DNA from: Owenia fusiformis
Lineage: Eukaryota
Reading direction: 5' to 3'
DNA: 64,000 nt
Assembly: GCA_903813345.2 (NCBI GenBank)
Contig: CAIIXF020000001.1
Location: 14,322,001 to 14,386,000, forward strand
Of this stretch, positions 12,126 to 26,505 are shown piece after piece. How positions within the stretch are numbered: position 1 is the first letter of the stretch; each line of letters begins with the position of its first letter. The notes under the pieces were generated by a model. That model had not been told where the DNA came from. It worked only from the letters and a program-made list of their open reading frames with translations, and searched no databases. Made by a program: the position numbers and the translations under genes.

Positions 12126-15021
12126 AAAACAGTAATGAAGTTATTGCAAGTTGTAAGAATGTGTTACAGTCACTGAACACTGACTGCTGAATGGTTACAA
12201 AATGATACAAGATCACTTAGTTGTTGACATGGTAACATTTATTGGGAGATATGTGTTGGAACTAATACAATGATTATATTTTACAGTTAAAGTTTAAAGT
12301 CAGTCTGAACAGTACTTACTTTAATTAAGTTATAGGATTTGTATGAATTTGTTACGGATGCCGACTGCCATGCCGAACACCATCCACAAAAGTGAAAAAA
12401 ACAACAACATGGCATCACTTCTGGTGGTAACAAAAATCAAATTTATACAAAAGAAAACCTATAAACATACATAATTCATGAATTGTAGAAAATAACCATG
12501 CTTGATAAAATGTATAAACCATTTCTAAGCAATCAATTCCAAAATAGATACAAGAAACTCATCTATTAGAAATGCAATGGGGCATTCTATAACTAAATCA
12601 TGTAAGGATACATTAAATGGAGTTCCTCATTGATCATAGTAATCTCTACTATAAACCTACAGGATTAACTGGCCATTCCTTTATATAATGTCCACAGTCC
12701 ATCATTAGCCATAATTCCATTTTACCAAAAATATTTTTCGCAAGGAGGGATACAATGACATTTAAGATTTAGAATAAAAAATATTATATTTATATTTCAT
12801 CCCCAGCCACTCATAAAAATCATAATCCAATTAATATTTCATTATAAAACGGAAGCTATTTTTCAAATTCATAATTCCCCTGGCGAGCTTGATGCCATTG
12901 CGACACTTTGGGATTGATGACACTGTGGGAACGGATTCAATTTGAAAACTATATTCATTCTTGGTAGCTCTATCAGTACAAAAACTGGTCTTCCTAGAGG
13001 CCCAGTAATAATTTACAATTATTTACAATATGTACAATTATACAACATATAAGACAATTAATATATATGCATCTTCAAAAGTATGAACTTACACGAATAT
13101 AGAGGACAACTTATTAAGAGAATTTCCATGAATATAAAGAACAACTTATTTAAGAATGCATTTACATGAATTTTCACTTTAAGAACACAATCAATGTAAT
13201 GAGATGGAAAAGCCAAAGTGGGTTCTCAGGAGAGAGATTGAATAAGGTATCTACATGTATTCTAAGAAAACATTGAGTCATTTCCTGATGGAACAAGATA
13301 AAAACGTTTTGTCCCAATATAAATATATTTACCAGAAATACATAATGTAACATATGGTCTGTCTGGAATAATGCCTTCATATTAGAAATACATCTGACTG
13401 GTTCTTGACATCATGATAAACCATGACATCTCATTTCTTCTCAGCCCTGAGATGTTACGGGTGAAACAGAAAGATGCTATGAGTATCAGAATGGGTTCTT
13501 GACATTAGACAAGAAAGAGAATATGATGCTATTCTGTCAGGACTAATTTTATCATGGTAGGAAACTTGATGAAAACATTGTAACATGTTTATCCTTATAC
13601 TTCATTTCCTTATAACAAGAATTAAATGCTGGGACAAGGATAAACTTGCAAAATGTCACAACCTTCCATTTGTTAGAGACACCAACCGCCAAAGACCAAA
13701 TACCAACCACCAAATACCAAACACAATCCACATTATTGTGGTGGTGATATAAAATGCTGAAGATCTTTTGCAGAGTTAACTTAAACAAAACACTTTGTGA
13801 TATTGTAAACAAATTGTTACCTTACAATTGGTACGTGCAATTAGATTATACAAACTTTAGTATAATTGCCAAATGCAGACTGATACGTTAACAAACACAA
13901 TTTTGAAACAGTAAATCCATTTTGAAGTAAAATGCGAAAACATAAAAAATTGTACGTCTAGGTATTTTGTTTATTAATTTAAACTTTCATATTTTTTCAC
14001 GTAAATGAAGTATTCTACTCTGAGGAAGGGGCCAAATTCTAAATATACAAATTGAAATAAATTTCTTCAGAAATCGTGCTGAAGAAATAAGAGATAAGTA
14101 AACAATGCAAAAATACAGGAACAGCTCATAAATATACAGTACTTAAGACCCAAACCCTCATGGGAAATGTAATAATAACTATAACTTAATCATACATATT
14201 GTCTTGTCAAAATTGGTGTAAATTCTGCTGATAATGTATGGCTTTAGCAAACATCCAATTTTCTTAAATGAATTATTATCGAATGAATATTTAATAACTA
14301 AGATAGAAGTCAAAGTATGATATAACTAACTGGTTGAGAGCTTCTTGCTTCAGGAGACAATAGCTTTAGATGATATATGTGAAACAAGGCAGCAAACTAT
14401 CTGTGTGTTTATTGAAATGTTGCATGTTGTATCATCATAACATCTCAAAGATTGCACCATTCAGTCGGCTCGCATGGTGATTCCTTATTCCCATTCTGTC
14501 ATTCACAAGTTACCAACAATTTGGTATACTTTTCTTTTGACTGTAAACATCAATTGCAGGGTATATTGTTTGATTTTGATTTTGAAATACTATAAATTAC
14601 ACAGCCTTGTTTTGTTTATATTTTGATGACAAAAAGCTGATTTCTCAAAATTAAAGCAGAAATTGAAGCTAGGACCATTAGTACTCTAGTGTAAATTAAC
14701 AGTATTAAATCAGACCCTCTTAAAGTAGATATGAGCATCAGATGAATGGCAGTTTTAGTTTTAAAAAATATTAACGGATGCAAGACAGGACAGGTAAACA
14801 GAAAGACAGACGGATGGGCAGATGGATGAGTGGGTGATACAATAGTCTCACCATAGGGAAAAGACTTAATAAATTACAATTGGTTATCCTACTTACATAT
14901 GGAAATCAGACTAGAGAGTTATCTTGTAACATTCAGAATAAATTTATAAGATATTCCCAAATGATTTTGGTGTACATAACAATGTCATTGCCCATGAACA
15001 GAATGTCCTTATTAGACAAAC

Positions 15022-15757
15022 AAAGGAATGGTATCGATATGGAGAACTGAATTCAACGATGTTATTCTCTTAAACCAATCATTGAAAACATTCAGTAAAA
15101 AACATGGTATTTCATGTAATGTTGACTGATTGACAACAATTTAATGCGAACCAATTTAGAAATATTTTATATAACTGTTTTTGTTAACATTTTTTGTTTT
15201 TTTAGTGCAATTGTTTTTGCTCCTTTCTAACAATTCTTGAGAATGAAATAAAATGTCTTTCCGAACCTTGTTGGAACAAAATAGTATATACAACATGTTT
15301 TTAGACCTCTCAATATTATAGTTATACAAAGGAATTTTTGGTTCATTTGAAAAAAGTATTCAAAAATTAAAACAAAATCCCCCCAAGATAGATAAAAATC
15401 AAGATAAACCTTTTATACCATTAACAAGATACTTTTTTGAAATCAACCAAAATTTCCTTTGTACAATAATTATAATTATTACAATATTGAGAGACCTGAA
15501 CATGTTGTGTTTATGTCATTTTGTTCTAATGAGGTTCATTTCAATCTGGATATGATGATACCAAGAACAAAACAAGTGTTTGATGTGTTTTCTAAAACAA
15601 TATAGATGAAAGTATATATATATTCTTTTCAAATTATATTGTTACTATTCAAAAGATGACCATTAAATTGACGATGTATCAATTTTTTAGATTTTTTTTA
15701 TGACTGGTTTAAGAGAAACGTGTGTTCAAAAAGTTCTCCATATCAATCCACTCCTTT
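15022..15757. mobile_element. MITE, about 740 bp, copy 2 (inverted relative to copy 1)
   Basis: Reverse complement of 10576-11312 along its length; ends ...CTCCTTT followed by AA (TTAA-like, possibly Kolobok-type; inference). Confidence 0.88.
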
Positions 15758-17787
15758 AACGACTCTGTCATCTCTAAGGTTGGTCTGTCCTAACATTTCT
15801 TAACTTATGAACCTAATATAAAGTTGTGTCTTGTTAGGAGCACAATGACATTTTTTCATTTTATCTAGGCAATTTCTAAGCAAAAAGGTATGGTCACTTC
15901 GTCTTTTCAGACGGAAATCTAAATTCACATGAAGGAAGGGAGCAATTATCCAATACATCTTTCTCCAAAGTATGTTTCAAAATTTGTGGATATCCAAAGA
16001 TATATATGTACGAGGAAGAGCTAAGTTGCAAGAGACAAATAAATTAGAAATTTTTTATCTCTGATGAGAAAAGTAAATGTACAAGGAAGATTTAAGGTAC
16101 AACAGACAGACAAATAAATAAAAAAATGTTCAGATCTTGGTGACATAAATGGAACATTAGAGCAGAAAATAAACAAGTCAATATAATTGAATTATAGGTG
16201 AGAATTATTTTTCCCCAAAATACACAGTGACTTGAATATATGAAGTTTGTGACCTTAATATAATTACAAATACTGTATGATCTCAAAGTGGATATATTAA
16301 CATAGCTATCCAAGGTAAAAATACCCTTTTAAACATTTAATGTAGAATAACAAAAAATAATGCACAATTTCCATTTATAAATTCTGGTTTAACATTGCAT
16401 GGAATTAAGAAATATGTCATTAAAAATATGACACAGCTATCAACCAATCAAATTGCAAATCAAATGTGCAATAACATACATGTACTTTACTTTGGAAAAA
16501 GGCCTGTACCCACTGGACTCAAACACCAATTATACCAACATGAAAATCATGAAAAATTTGGTATTTTGACAGCCTTTAATCAAAGTTGTAAAAATTTGAA
16601 TTTTGTACCACAAAAGGAGAATTCTGGATTTGAGGTAGTTTAATAAAATGCTGAAAAAACCTTCAGAACTAACACAGATCTAATTTCCATGTTACCCTTA
16701 AAGCATTATTACTTCAGCTTCATGGAACAAGAAGCCTCAGATCACAGAGAATCAATAGTTAGCATGTTTTGACATTTCACATCTGAGATACCTCTCCAGT
16801 AAATAGTGTCAAAAATAGAAATCTAATTGCGGCACTGTATTGTATGTTTAATCAAGCATGTCTATATTTTGTATTCTACATTGTTGACAACTATGCATAC
16901 GTGTTCGTTGATATTTGCAAAGTGTATTAACATTTTTATGTTTTGTCATCTCCTAAAGCAGTGGTCCATTTGAAGTGTCTGGGCGAAATTAGGAAGCGTG
17001 AGATCACATTATCAGGCTTCTAATTTCACAGCACTTAAAAGCCATATCCGAATTGATGCAATAAAGCTCTTTTGAGGCATAAAGTGACACATTGCAAGAT
17101 GAATCTTTTTAATACATTATTACACAATAGTCTCAAATGAATTCCCTAGTCCATAAAATCCGATTGGATTTGGGGAAAGAAAGAGGACAATTATCCTAGC
17201 TGGTGGCTTAAAAACAACTTCAAATTAATGGCTGAGTAAATCTCAATTGCTCTTGGTACTTAATCATTAATTTCAACAGTTTCAGTACAAAGAATTCTAC
17301 TTCAAGATACTCTTCTAATTATGATATTAAAGTGCAATTCCATAAACAGTGGACAATAAACACTGGATAATAACAAGTTGTCAAATGACTGCTCCAAACA
17401 GATGACAATAAATACGAGAAAAGTTATGAAATCACAGTATGTACATGTATGTAATATCTATAAAAAACAACACATTCCGAATACTATTCTATCACTTCTA
17501 AAAGTGATTTTCTTTGATTAATCTAAAAACATGCACCACAGAAGAGAATGGATGGACATAGACTTGATGCAAAACAAACCATTGTATTCTTCTCTATTGG
17601 TTCTGACCAAATCATGAGTTCTATTGTCCTAAGGGAGGCGAGGCTCTGTCCACCAGATAAGGTATCATTGCCCACAAGATCTAACCAATAATGTTGGCCA
17701 ATAAGCTATTAGAAATACAAGAGCACATGCAGACTCAAAGCCTAAAATTACTTGGTTGAAAATGGATACGTCATTGTGTATACTTAC

Positions 17788-17933
17788 GTCATTTTTATAA
17801 ATTTTTCAAATACCCTTTTGTTCACTTCAGCACTGCGTCTCACAGCGCTGTTCTTTTTATTCCAGAATGGCTGCAGTGATGTTCCACTGGAGATGTCTTT
17901 GAATAGGCCTAGCCAGCTTAAATGTTCTACACT
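17788..17933 (-). CDS. PDE9A: PDE9-like exon (146 nt, phase 0-2): SVEHLSWLGLFKDISSGTSLQPFWNKKNSAVRRSAEVNKRVFEKFIKM(T)
   Basis: ttttttcag|AGTGTAGAA...ATGAC|gtaagt. Open frame; phase 2 end fits the next exon. Confidence 0.88.
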
Positions 17934-18363
17934 CTGAAAAAAAAGAACATCAGAATCATTTATCTATACTTATTAATATACATATGATTAATAAAGTACA
18001 TCTCCAAGTGCATTATTATATGAGAATACGGGAGATATGTTTGCAGGAATGATTCACATATTTAACATTCAACTCTTAAATTTAGTTTTTTTTAATTTAA
18101 AAGAATCTTTTGATTATTGGCTTTCTAGGTTCATATTGTTTGTTAGGTATTGTTTTTCTTTACATGTAGTTGGTGTTGTCTCTCATGTTTCACAATTAGT
18201 TATTTTTACTACAGGATTTTTTTTGATTGTGTCCTACCCTTTGCAATACTTTTCCTCTGTAGAATAGACTTCATCAATTGAGTGTAATAATTTGCAGTTA
18301 GAGGGTAGTAGCATAAGCTATTAGACTTGGGTTTCTGGGTCAAAATCAAATAAACAGCGATAC

Positions 18364-18466
18364 CTCTAATTTTTCCCTGAAGTGTTCTACTTTTTGTTTC
18401 ATATCGTATACAAGTTTTGGAGTCTCTCCACTGTCTGTAAGGATATTTCTCTCCAAATGCTGAAGT
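18364..18466 (-). CDS. PDE9A: PDE9-like exon (103 nt, phase 2-0): (R)LQHLERNILTDSGETPKLVYDMKQKVEHFREKLE, coiled-coil-like
   Basis: gatttcag|ACTTCAG...TTAGAG|gtatcg. Open frame; phases match both neighbours. Confidence 0.85.
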
Positions 18467-19616
18467 CTGAAATCATAGTAAAACATAATTATGCTCAGGT
18501 ATCCCTATTAACTCTTAGATTTCAAACAATTGTTCTACATGTTATCAAATGCATGGTACACTGCATTAGGCATGTATATTAGACACTCTTTATGCTGTTG
18601 ATTAGGAGGAATTTTAGGGGACTTCTTTTACTTTTTGTCAACACTTTATTTCTTTTTCTTTTCTTCAGTAATTTCTCTCCCTTCTTGCAGTTAGTTATCC
18701 AACATTTAGTCCTACAAGGTACCTCCATTGAACTTTCTAGGAAATTATTTATATTGAGGTCATGGTCAAAACAAAGCAGTCCAAAATGCCATTATTTCAA
18801 ATAATTCATTTGTATCTAAAATGAAAATAAGGATCCAAAATATAATTCCAAAGGTCAAAGATCAAGTGCCTTGTTGGGCTCCTGCAAAATGGCCTTGGTC
18901 CAATTTTAGTTCTGGTTAATGATTATTTTGGAAAGTGCTTCAGGTAAAATAATCCCATCAGCCCAATAGAGAATTATTATCAAAAACATTAACAGAATAA
19001 CAGACAATTAGCAAATAAGTTCTTTTGTATTACAAATCTTATTAAAGTTCTGATCATTTATTAATCATGAGTCTATTGAATATATTGTATAATTGTTTGT
19101 ATACCTTTCTGCCATTATTGATCCCCAATATGAGACTTCATTGGGTTTATGATTATTTGCAATGGTAATATACATCAAAGCCTCCTAATATTCTTAATTG
19201 GATCGTGTAATTATGCTATGATATTAAATTTTCAAGACTTGGGTATTGTCCAAGTTAGACCCTATTTTTATCTCAGGTAGTTGACTTATTTCAAGATTGT
19301 TTCCATTATTGCATCGAATGCCTTCAAAGAATTGGTGTAACATAGTAGCCAATAAAGGGGCAGATTTTTTCATGTAGGAAAACTCTTTGTATTGACTTCT
19401 TACAGAATCGTTAGGATACTTTATCTATTTTGCTCCCACTTTATGAATTTCCGAATCTGCTCCAGGGTTCTTGTTCTGGGCATCTTGCATCTCAGTGTCT
19501 TACAAAAGAAGTGCATTGAGAGTTCACAACAAAATCTGGGTCTCTATCGAATAATATCTTATATATCTGGGTTTGCTATATGTAAGGTTAAAGTTCTCAT
19601 GATATAACAGTATATA

Positions 19617-21159
19617 CAGGGTGGGCCAAAAAAAACCACCCCCCTAGCCAATATTTCTGATAAATATTCAATTTCTAACATGCACACCAACAATGATATA
19701 TCATTTTAAAGATAATTTAATTTGTAACAAAATGATTTATAATAGAACAATTTTCAACAACTCTGGCTCGAGATATAACCATTTATGTGACATGGGGGTC
19801 AAAAAACACCTTTTCAATTTTCGTCGATTTTGCAAACAATTGTCTATTTCTACCAAATTTTAGTAAATTACAACATTGTCATGAGTCTTTCATAATTAGA
19901 TATTATATATTGTTTTCATTCAGTTTTTGAACCTTGCATGCTCAATATACATGTGTATGCTTATAAAACTAATTCATTTCTTCTTCAGTCTGTCCAAATA
20001 TGGCTCAATAGACTCACCCCCTGACCCAACTTATGATTTGATTTCTCGCTTAAAACGCGAAATCCATTGGTATAATTGATGAACCTCTGCAGAAGTACCA
20101 TACAACACCTAATTATTCATTCTTTCAGTATGTCTACACCCCTGATAGGCTAGGGATCTCCATAGACCAACTGTTTTAAATGCCCCAAGTACTATACATG
20201 TAATCAAACGGCTATACTCTATATCAGTAAGCAAGAATAGTGACATTTGCCCTAAAAGGCTACTCAAATTGAGATGACATTTTTCTGAAAGGTAGGTGGT
20301 GTCCACTCAGTGTTTCCCAAAAAGGAAAGACCATACAGGCCCTGTTTTTTGAACCAGGAGCAAAAATATACTCTGAATGTTAATGACACGAGGTGGTAAA
20401 AAGGACTCCTCAAGAATATAAAAAACATGTGAAAGAAATTTCATTTTCTGATGGAACAATGCTCTATCACACAGGTCCAATGCTACCCTGGAGTTTTTGG
20501 AGATTTGAAATGTCACCATCTCTAGCCCAGAAAAATGGCTTACTGGCAGTCGAGTTGCCAATAATGTTGATTACCATATCTGGGAGCATCTAGAACGGTT
20601 GGTATTTAAATATACCCAGCCTATCAGGGATGTAGAGGAACTAAAAGAAAGAATAACTAGCAGTTGAATGGTACTTCCGCTTACATCCATCAATTATGCC
20701 ATCAACCAATGGCTTCCACGTCTTAAGCGAATAATCCAATCAGAGGATGGGTCCGGGGGTGGGTCTATTGAGCTATTTTTGGACAGACTGAAGAAGAAAT
20801 AAATTAGTTTTATAAGCATACACATGTATATTGAGCATGTGTGGTTCAAAAACTGAATGAAAACAAGATATAATAGCCAATTATGAAAGACTCATGACAA
20901 TGTTGTAATTTACTAAAATTTGGTAGAAATAAGCAATTGTTCGCAAAATCGACGAAAATTGAAAAGGTGTTTTTTGACCCCCATGTCACATAAATGGTCA
21001 TATTTCTATATGGGGTTGTTGAAAATGGTGCTATTATATATCATTTTGTTGCAAATTAAATTATCTTTAATATGATATATCATTGTTGGTGTGATTGTTA
21101 AAAAATAAATATTTATCAGGAATATTGGTTAGGGGGGTGGTTTTTTTTGGCCCACCCTG
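19617..21159 (+). mobile_element. Non-autonomous Tc1/mariner-superfamily element with very long inverted arms and a transposase remnant
   Basis: TA|CAGGGTGGGCCAAAAAAAACCACCCCCCTA...TAGGGGGGTGGTTTTTTTTGGCCCACCCTG|TA; arms about 550-600 bp; + strand remnant ISSPEKWLTGSRVANNVDYHIWEHLERLVFKYTQPIRDVEELKERIT near 20518-20660. Confidence 0.92.
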
Positions 21160-22227
21160 TATATGATATAACAGTATTCAGGGTTTCAACTTTAAAATTC
21201 CTCATTTACAGTAACGCCAGTCAATGATGAAAACAATTTATGATTACAACTTTTTAGCATTTTTATGTAACACCTTTATGATGTTTACGTGATACATAAA
21301 TTTTAAAATAATTACTAATTAAAAATGAATTATGCCGAGTCATTCAAACAAATCACATTCAGACAAAGCTCATTTTCATACAGTTATATAACTATGTCCC
21401 TTTGCAATGATTGTTCATGATCATCAGATTCTGCATTAGGGATGGTATCCCAATTATCAACAGCTGTGGAATAACAAAGTTAGTTCCATTGGGGGCAAAT
21501 GATGGTTTCATAACAGCGAAGTGTGGATTTTTTAATAATCAAGTGAAAGACAATTTAACATTTTAAAATTTTGTTAGATGGAGGCCAGGGGAGCATAACA
21601 AAATTAACTTCAGTTTTCTACAACTGTTGATAATTTGACACCATCGTTCACCTTAACAAAATCAATCAAAACTGACAAGAAAAGCCAGTGTAATACAAAT
21701 GACCCAGACAGATATAATTGGATTACACAAATCCTGACATAGACTGTGCCTAAATTGAATATATCTGGCAAACTTGAATTCTTATGAAAGATTTCAGAAA
21801 ATTTCTCCTTTTTATTCTAGCAAAGCATGATGTATATGTCTAATTCTTTTTCGATGGCAGAAAAAAGATGCTATGAGTGAAGGGTGAAATACAAGATCTG
21901 TAAGTTTGCTATTTCTTTCAGTTTAATTGCATTTATATGTACATGAGTAGACTTAAATTTCTGTTTTCTGTTTAAAATCTTTTTTTCTATGAATGAACCT
22001 TTCACTGTATTTTCTATTTTCCAATACAATACATAACAAGGCATCAGCATGCAAAATGTCACCACCTGACATTTGTCACAGAAATGTTGGAGACTATAAC
22101 AATATGGCTCCTATTGTGTTGGCCATAGCTCCACAAAATCGATACGGATAATCTACATCATACTGTTTATTCCTATATTTTATGCTTTTTCTCTTGTACA
22201 ATGTTTTATGGTCAATTTATGATAATA

Positions 22228-22465
22228 AGGGTTTTCTGAAGTGATTTAACTGGGTTGCCAAAAAAGTTTGTTTGGGGAAAAAATTATATAGGCTCATTCA
22301 GCGAGGGTGCATTGGCTTAACATGGGGTTGACTCTTCACTTAGCATCCGGATACCATCAAGTATGTCCCAATGCATGAATGGGGATACATATAGTTGCAT
22401 AATTAATTTTTTCCCCAAAGTTGATTTTTGGCAACTCAGCTAAATCATAAACTTCATAAACCCGT
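22228..22465. mobile_element. Short fold-back element/MITE
   Basis: GATTTAACTGGGTTGCCAAAAAAG...TTTGGGGAAAAAATTA vs TAATTTTTTCCCCAAAG...TTTTTGGCAACTCAGCTAAATC. Confidence 0.65.
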
Positions 22466-25304
22466 AACGATAGTGACTGCGCAGTAAAACATCATACTTT
22501 TAAACATTCATACATTCAGAAAATGACAAATGAACTATTAGGTATAATAGTGTTTTTAGTTTTTGCTACTTGTTTGTCTTGAATGATCATGCTATAAGTT
22601 CCTTGAGTGTATTCTATTTTGTTCAGGTCTGTTGTGATTCTGAGCCTACATTACTAAGAAATTCTGTAAACAAGTTGGTAATGCTAAGTAGTGTAAGAAA
22701 ATCAAATTTTCTTAACAGGAAAACTCTGATAAAACTGCTTGAATAACACTTACAGTTACTAATTAGTAATTTTGCAGTTTGATTACATTTGCGACAAACT
22801 AATGATATTTGATGTAATGAGTATTGGCTATTCTTCAATATGTATTATAATGACTTCAGTATGAATAAAATTTCTCTTGGTGTAAATGGTCTCGGATTGT
22901 TATATTGGTACTTGAATGGTGGGGAGGAAGGTTATTGGACAGTCTCGTGCCATGTTGGATTATGATTTGGGATAGTTGGGGTTTGTCTTCCTTATGACAG
23001 GTATACTCTTGGATGTTTTCTTTTTCTTAGTGTGTTTTGTGACCGTTTCTCATTGGCACTTGCACATACATATTTAGGACATTAATATGACATAAATGTA
23101 AGACAGAACGAAATGATGACTTCAGAGCAAGACATTAAATACAGGCATTTTGCACCTTTTTATCTTAATTATCACATTTCTGTCTACAGATAACATATAA
23201 TCATTCTTAACTATTTTTTTTTATAAATAATGACAATAAAATTAATAATAACAATACAACCAGAAACCAGAAGAGAAGTACAATCAAGTCAGCTAGTAAA
23301 CTGGTGTTGTCTAAAATACATCAACAGGTAGTGGCGAATAATTCTTCAAAGTAAATTGAAACCTTGAACATAAATAACATCTTGAACCACACATCTCATT
23401 CCGAGTAATTTTCTGTTGATGATACCCTTATAAATGTCCTGGAATGCTAAGAAGGAAACAATAAATTATTCCAATTCATATCAATTTATCATTTAGATCA
23501 CATTTGTGGTGATTATTAGATGATAAAACACATATATTTCTTCAACGTAAGTGCTGAACATACCATTCATCAAACTAATGTGTCTCTTACACTTAACAGA
23601 ATCTACATGGTAACTTCAAAAAGGATGTCTATCTAAAGCCAAATGTATGGTGAACACCTTTACTCAATCTACTTAAAAACAAATAATTTCTATAAAATGG
23701 TGAATCTATATCAAACATATTTGGAATTGTAAATCTTCCCAATTACCAAGAGTGAATTGATATTATATTCTAAAACAAACGGGAACTCATTCAACCTTAA
23801 TAAGAGTCCCTCATTTCCAATGATATAGTATTATTACTAATTTTGATATAAAATACTGCACTCTCAAATTCTCCTTATTAGATAACAAATCACCCAGTTA
23901 TGAAGAAACACTGAGGATGTAAATCAGAATTTATGAGTATGCATAGGCGTAACATATCTTTTACTATTATCAATGATGCAAATAGAACATCAGTAGGATG
24001 ATACATTTTCTGCTTTGAATGATACAGGGAAAGGGTCTGATGGAAGTTATTATTATGTAATCTTTTATAATACTCAAATAAGACATGTATCAAAGGATTC
24101 ATATCTTATCTCATAGAATTCGTAGAATTCCCTCAGCTCAAAGACATTCTGCTGAATATCTGTATGACTTTCACAAATTAAATATCACCTGGCCATGTGG
24201 GGAACTAGACACTGTACTAAGCAAACGTATAGGCAGGAAATATGCCTGGTCATTTTGCCCATAAGTACCCTTTATTCCATAAAAGGCATTTATCGATGCA
24301 TCCTTAACATATGAAATAAGTAGATGTGCTCGTATATTTTGAGTTCATTCAGACATACTGCTTGACCAAAACACTTATTGATTTTTCAGTCACCATCTGA
24401 GTGATTCCTATTTAATTACACATAGAGATCTTTTTCGTATTATTTGTAAATTAGTCATACTTAAGGAACCTGCTGTTTTCCAAGCAATTTGACTTTTAGA
24501 TTTCCATTTCTATTGTATCACTAATTTCCCTGTCATCCCTGACCATGAACATTATTGCATTAATAGGAATACTAACATGCACTTCTAGATTCCAAACCTT
24601 GGGGCATGGGATTGAAGGTAAGGTAGAGGAACGCCATCTATTAAAACATATAGACAAGGCACTATTTAACAAAATGTCACAACCTGCCATTTGTTACAGA
24701 CATTGAATGCCAACTACTTAATGTTTCCAACTGCTGAACACTGTCCACAAAAGATTTGGAGACTACAACCAGATATAACGATTTTTGGTTGTGACATAAA
24801 AATCTATATGAATTCACTGTATCAAGGCACTTTCCAAGAACTCTCCGTATACTGATGTTTACACAAAGAAAAAGTAAATACGTAACTCTGTTACGAAAGA
24901 AGTAAAGCACAGTTCAAGGATGTGACGAACAAAACACAATACTAACGATCCATTCACAAAACAGTGTGTTGATTACTTTCAATTAATTAAATGAGTTAAT
25001 GCTTGAATGATGCCCTGTGCATTGTTCTATACCCTCTTTGAAGTACATTCATGTTTAATCAATATAAAAGGTTCAGCTTAAAGGAATAGCTATATCAATA
25101 ACAATATTGATTTTTATATCTGTGATGTCACCTTCCTGTTCTTTCAATTAAGTTAGAACATTTACCTGTACCTGACCATTTACATGATCCAGGTGCAACA
25201 TACGTGCTGACACAAGGACAAGTTGCATGCCTAAGATGTAACATTTAGAGCTGACCCACCAGTTACAAAACCCAAGGTGTAACAAAGGACCATTACTATG
25301 ACCC

Positions 25305-25630
25305 TATATGTGACAAATGTGCTACGGGACCATTAAAATGACCTAATATGTGACAAAAGTGATCACCTAGAGTACCAATGATGTGACCTAATGTGTGACA
25401 AAAGTACTAACTTAAATGATCTTTAACATGACCTAATGTGTGACAAAAGTCCTAATAGCTTAGAGGACCAAGTACATGGCCCAGGATGTGACAAAAATCC
25501 TAACTTAGAGGACCAAGTACTTGATCCAGGATGTGACAAAAATCCTAACTTAGAGGACCAAGTACTTGACCCAGGATGTGACAAAAATCCTAACTCAGAG
25601 GACCAAGTACATGACCCAGGATGTGACATA
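25305..25630. repeat. 45-bp minisatellite (about 4 conserved plus about 3 diverged copies)
   Basis: Unit CCAGGATGTGACAAAAATCCTAACTTAGAGGACCAAGTACTTGAT. Confidence 0.9.
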
Positions 25631-26453
25631 AGTGCCGACCCTTTTAAGATGCAAAACAGATAAATAATATATATTCCATCACTGCACCTGTTTCAATATA
25701 TCCATTCCATGTTCTATGTGGGTCTACATGATGTTTATCATACAACTTCGAGCCATCAAAGTATCTGGTGCATTTAGTACTTGAGACTGCATACTGACAC
25801 TGAAATTATGAGCTCATTTGGATGGAATTATATCTATCATTGAAGGACACTCCCAATCCTACCTAAAATCCATGACTTTCTCCGCAAGGTAGCTACCTCT
25901 GTAAGGTAACATGGCATACAGAAAGTTCCCCCTGAATAGAAAGTCCTGGTGTTAGAGGTATCAAAAACTAATTTGTCACTTTCGCTCACTTATCGATACA
26001 TGATGATGTATTGCCTAAGACACTGGCACAGGCAATGATGCACCATTTCCTTCCTTCTCGAAAAATACATCAGAATGTATGTTTGCATAAGGTGATCATC
26101 CCCTGGTCTATTTCTTGATGTTGTATGAGAGGGAATTAGGGGGCATAACAAAGGGGCTCGGTGCAAGATTCAAAGAGTGTGCTTGATCCTACTTGCAAAC
26201 TCATTTATAGCTGTTTAGATGCATCATGATATATCAAATCCTCGTTTCCTTCTCTTTGAATGTGCCATTTACAAGCAGTATATAAAAGACAGATTGGTAA
26301 ATCAATTTATTTCTCTTATCACCCATTATAGTATGGAGAGTTTAACAGATGTGCTAACATACTGTACATGTAATGGCATAAAATGAATTAAATGAAAGGC
26401 ACAATTCCCATTTTTTGTTGAACAATTCTCAGTAAGATATTATTAAGACTTAC

Positions 26454-26505
26454 CTATTTTCTATTGCACCAATGTCAAAGCCCAACTGGGCAGCTATATT
26501 GGCAT
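26454..26505 (-). CDS. PDE9A: PDE9-like exon (52 nt, phase 1-2): (D)ANIAAQLGFDIGAIEN(R)
   Basis: tattttcag|ATGCCAAT...GAAAATAG|gtaagt. Bridges the phase-1 end of the 51.6-kb exon to the phase-2 start of the 18.4-kb exon. Not in the ORF track. Confidence 0.8.

Noticed and set aside
25423-25663. Repetitive ORFs on both strands
   Set aside because: Artefact of a 45-bp (multiple of 3) minisatellite.
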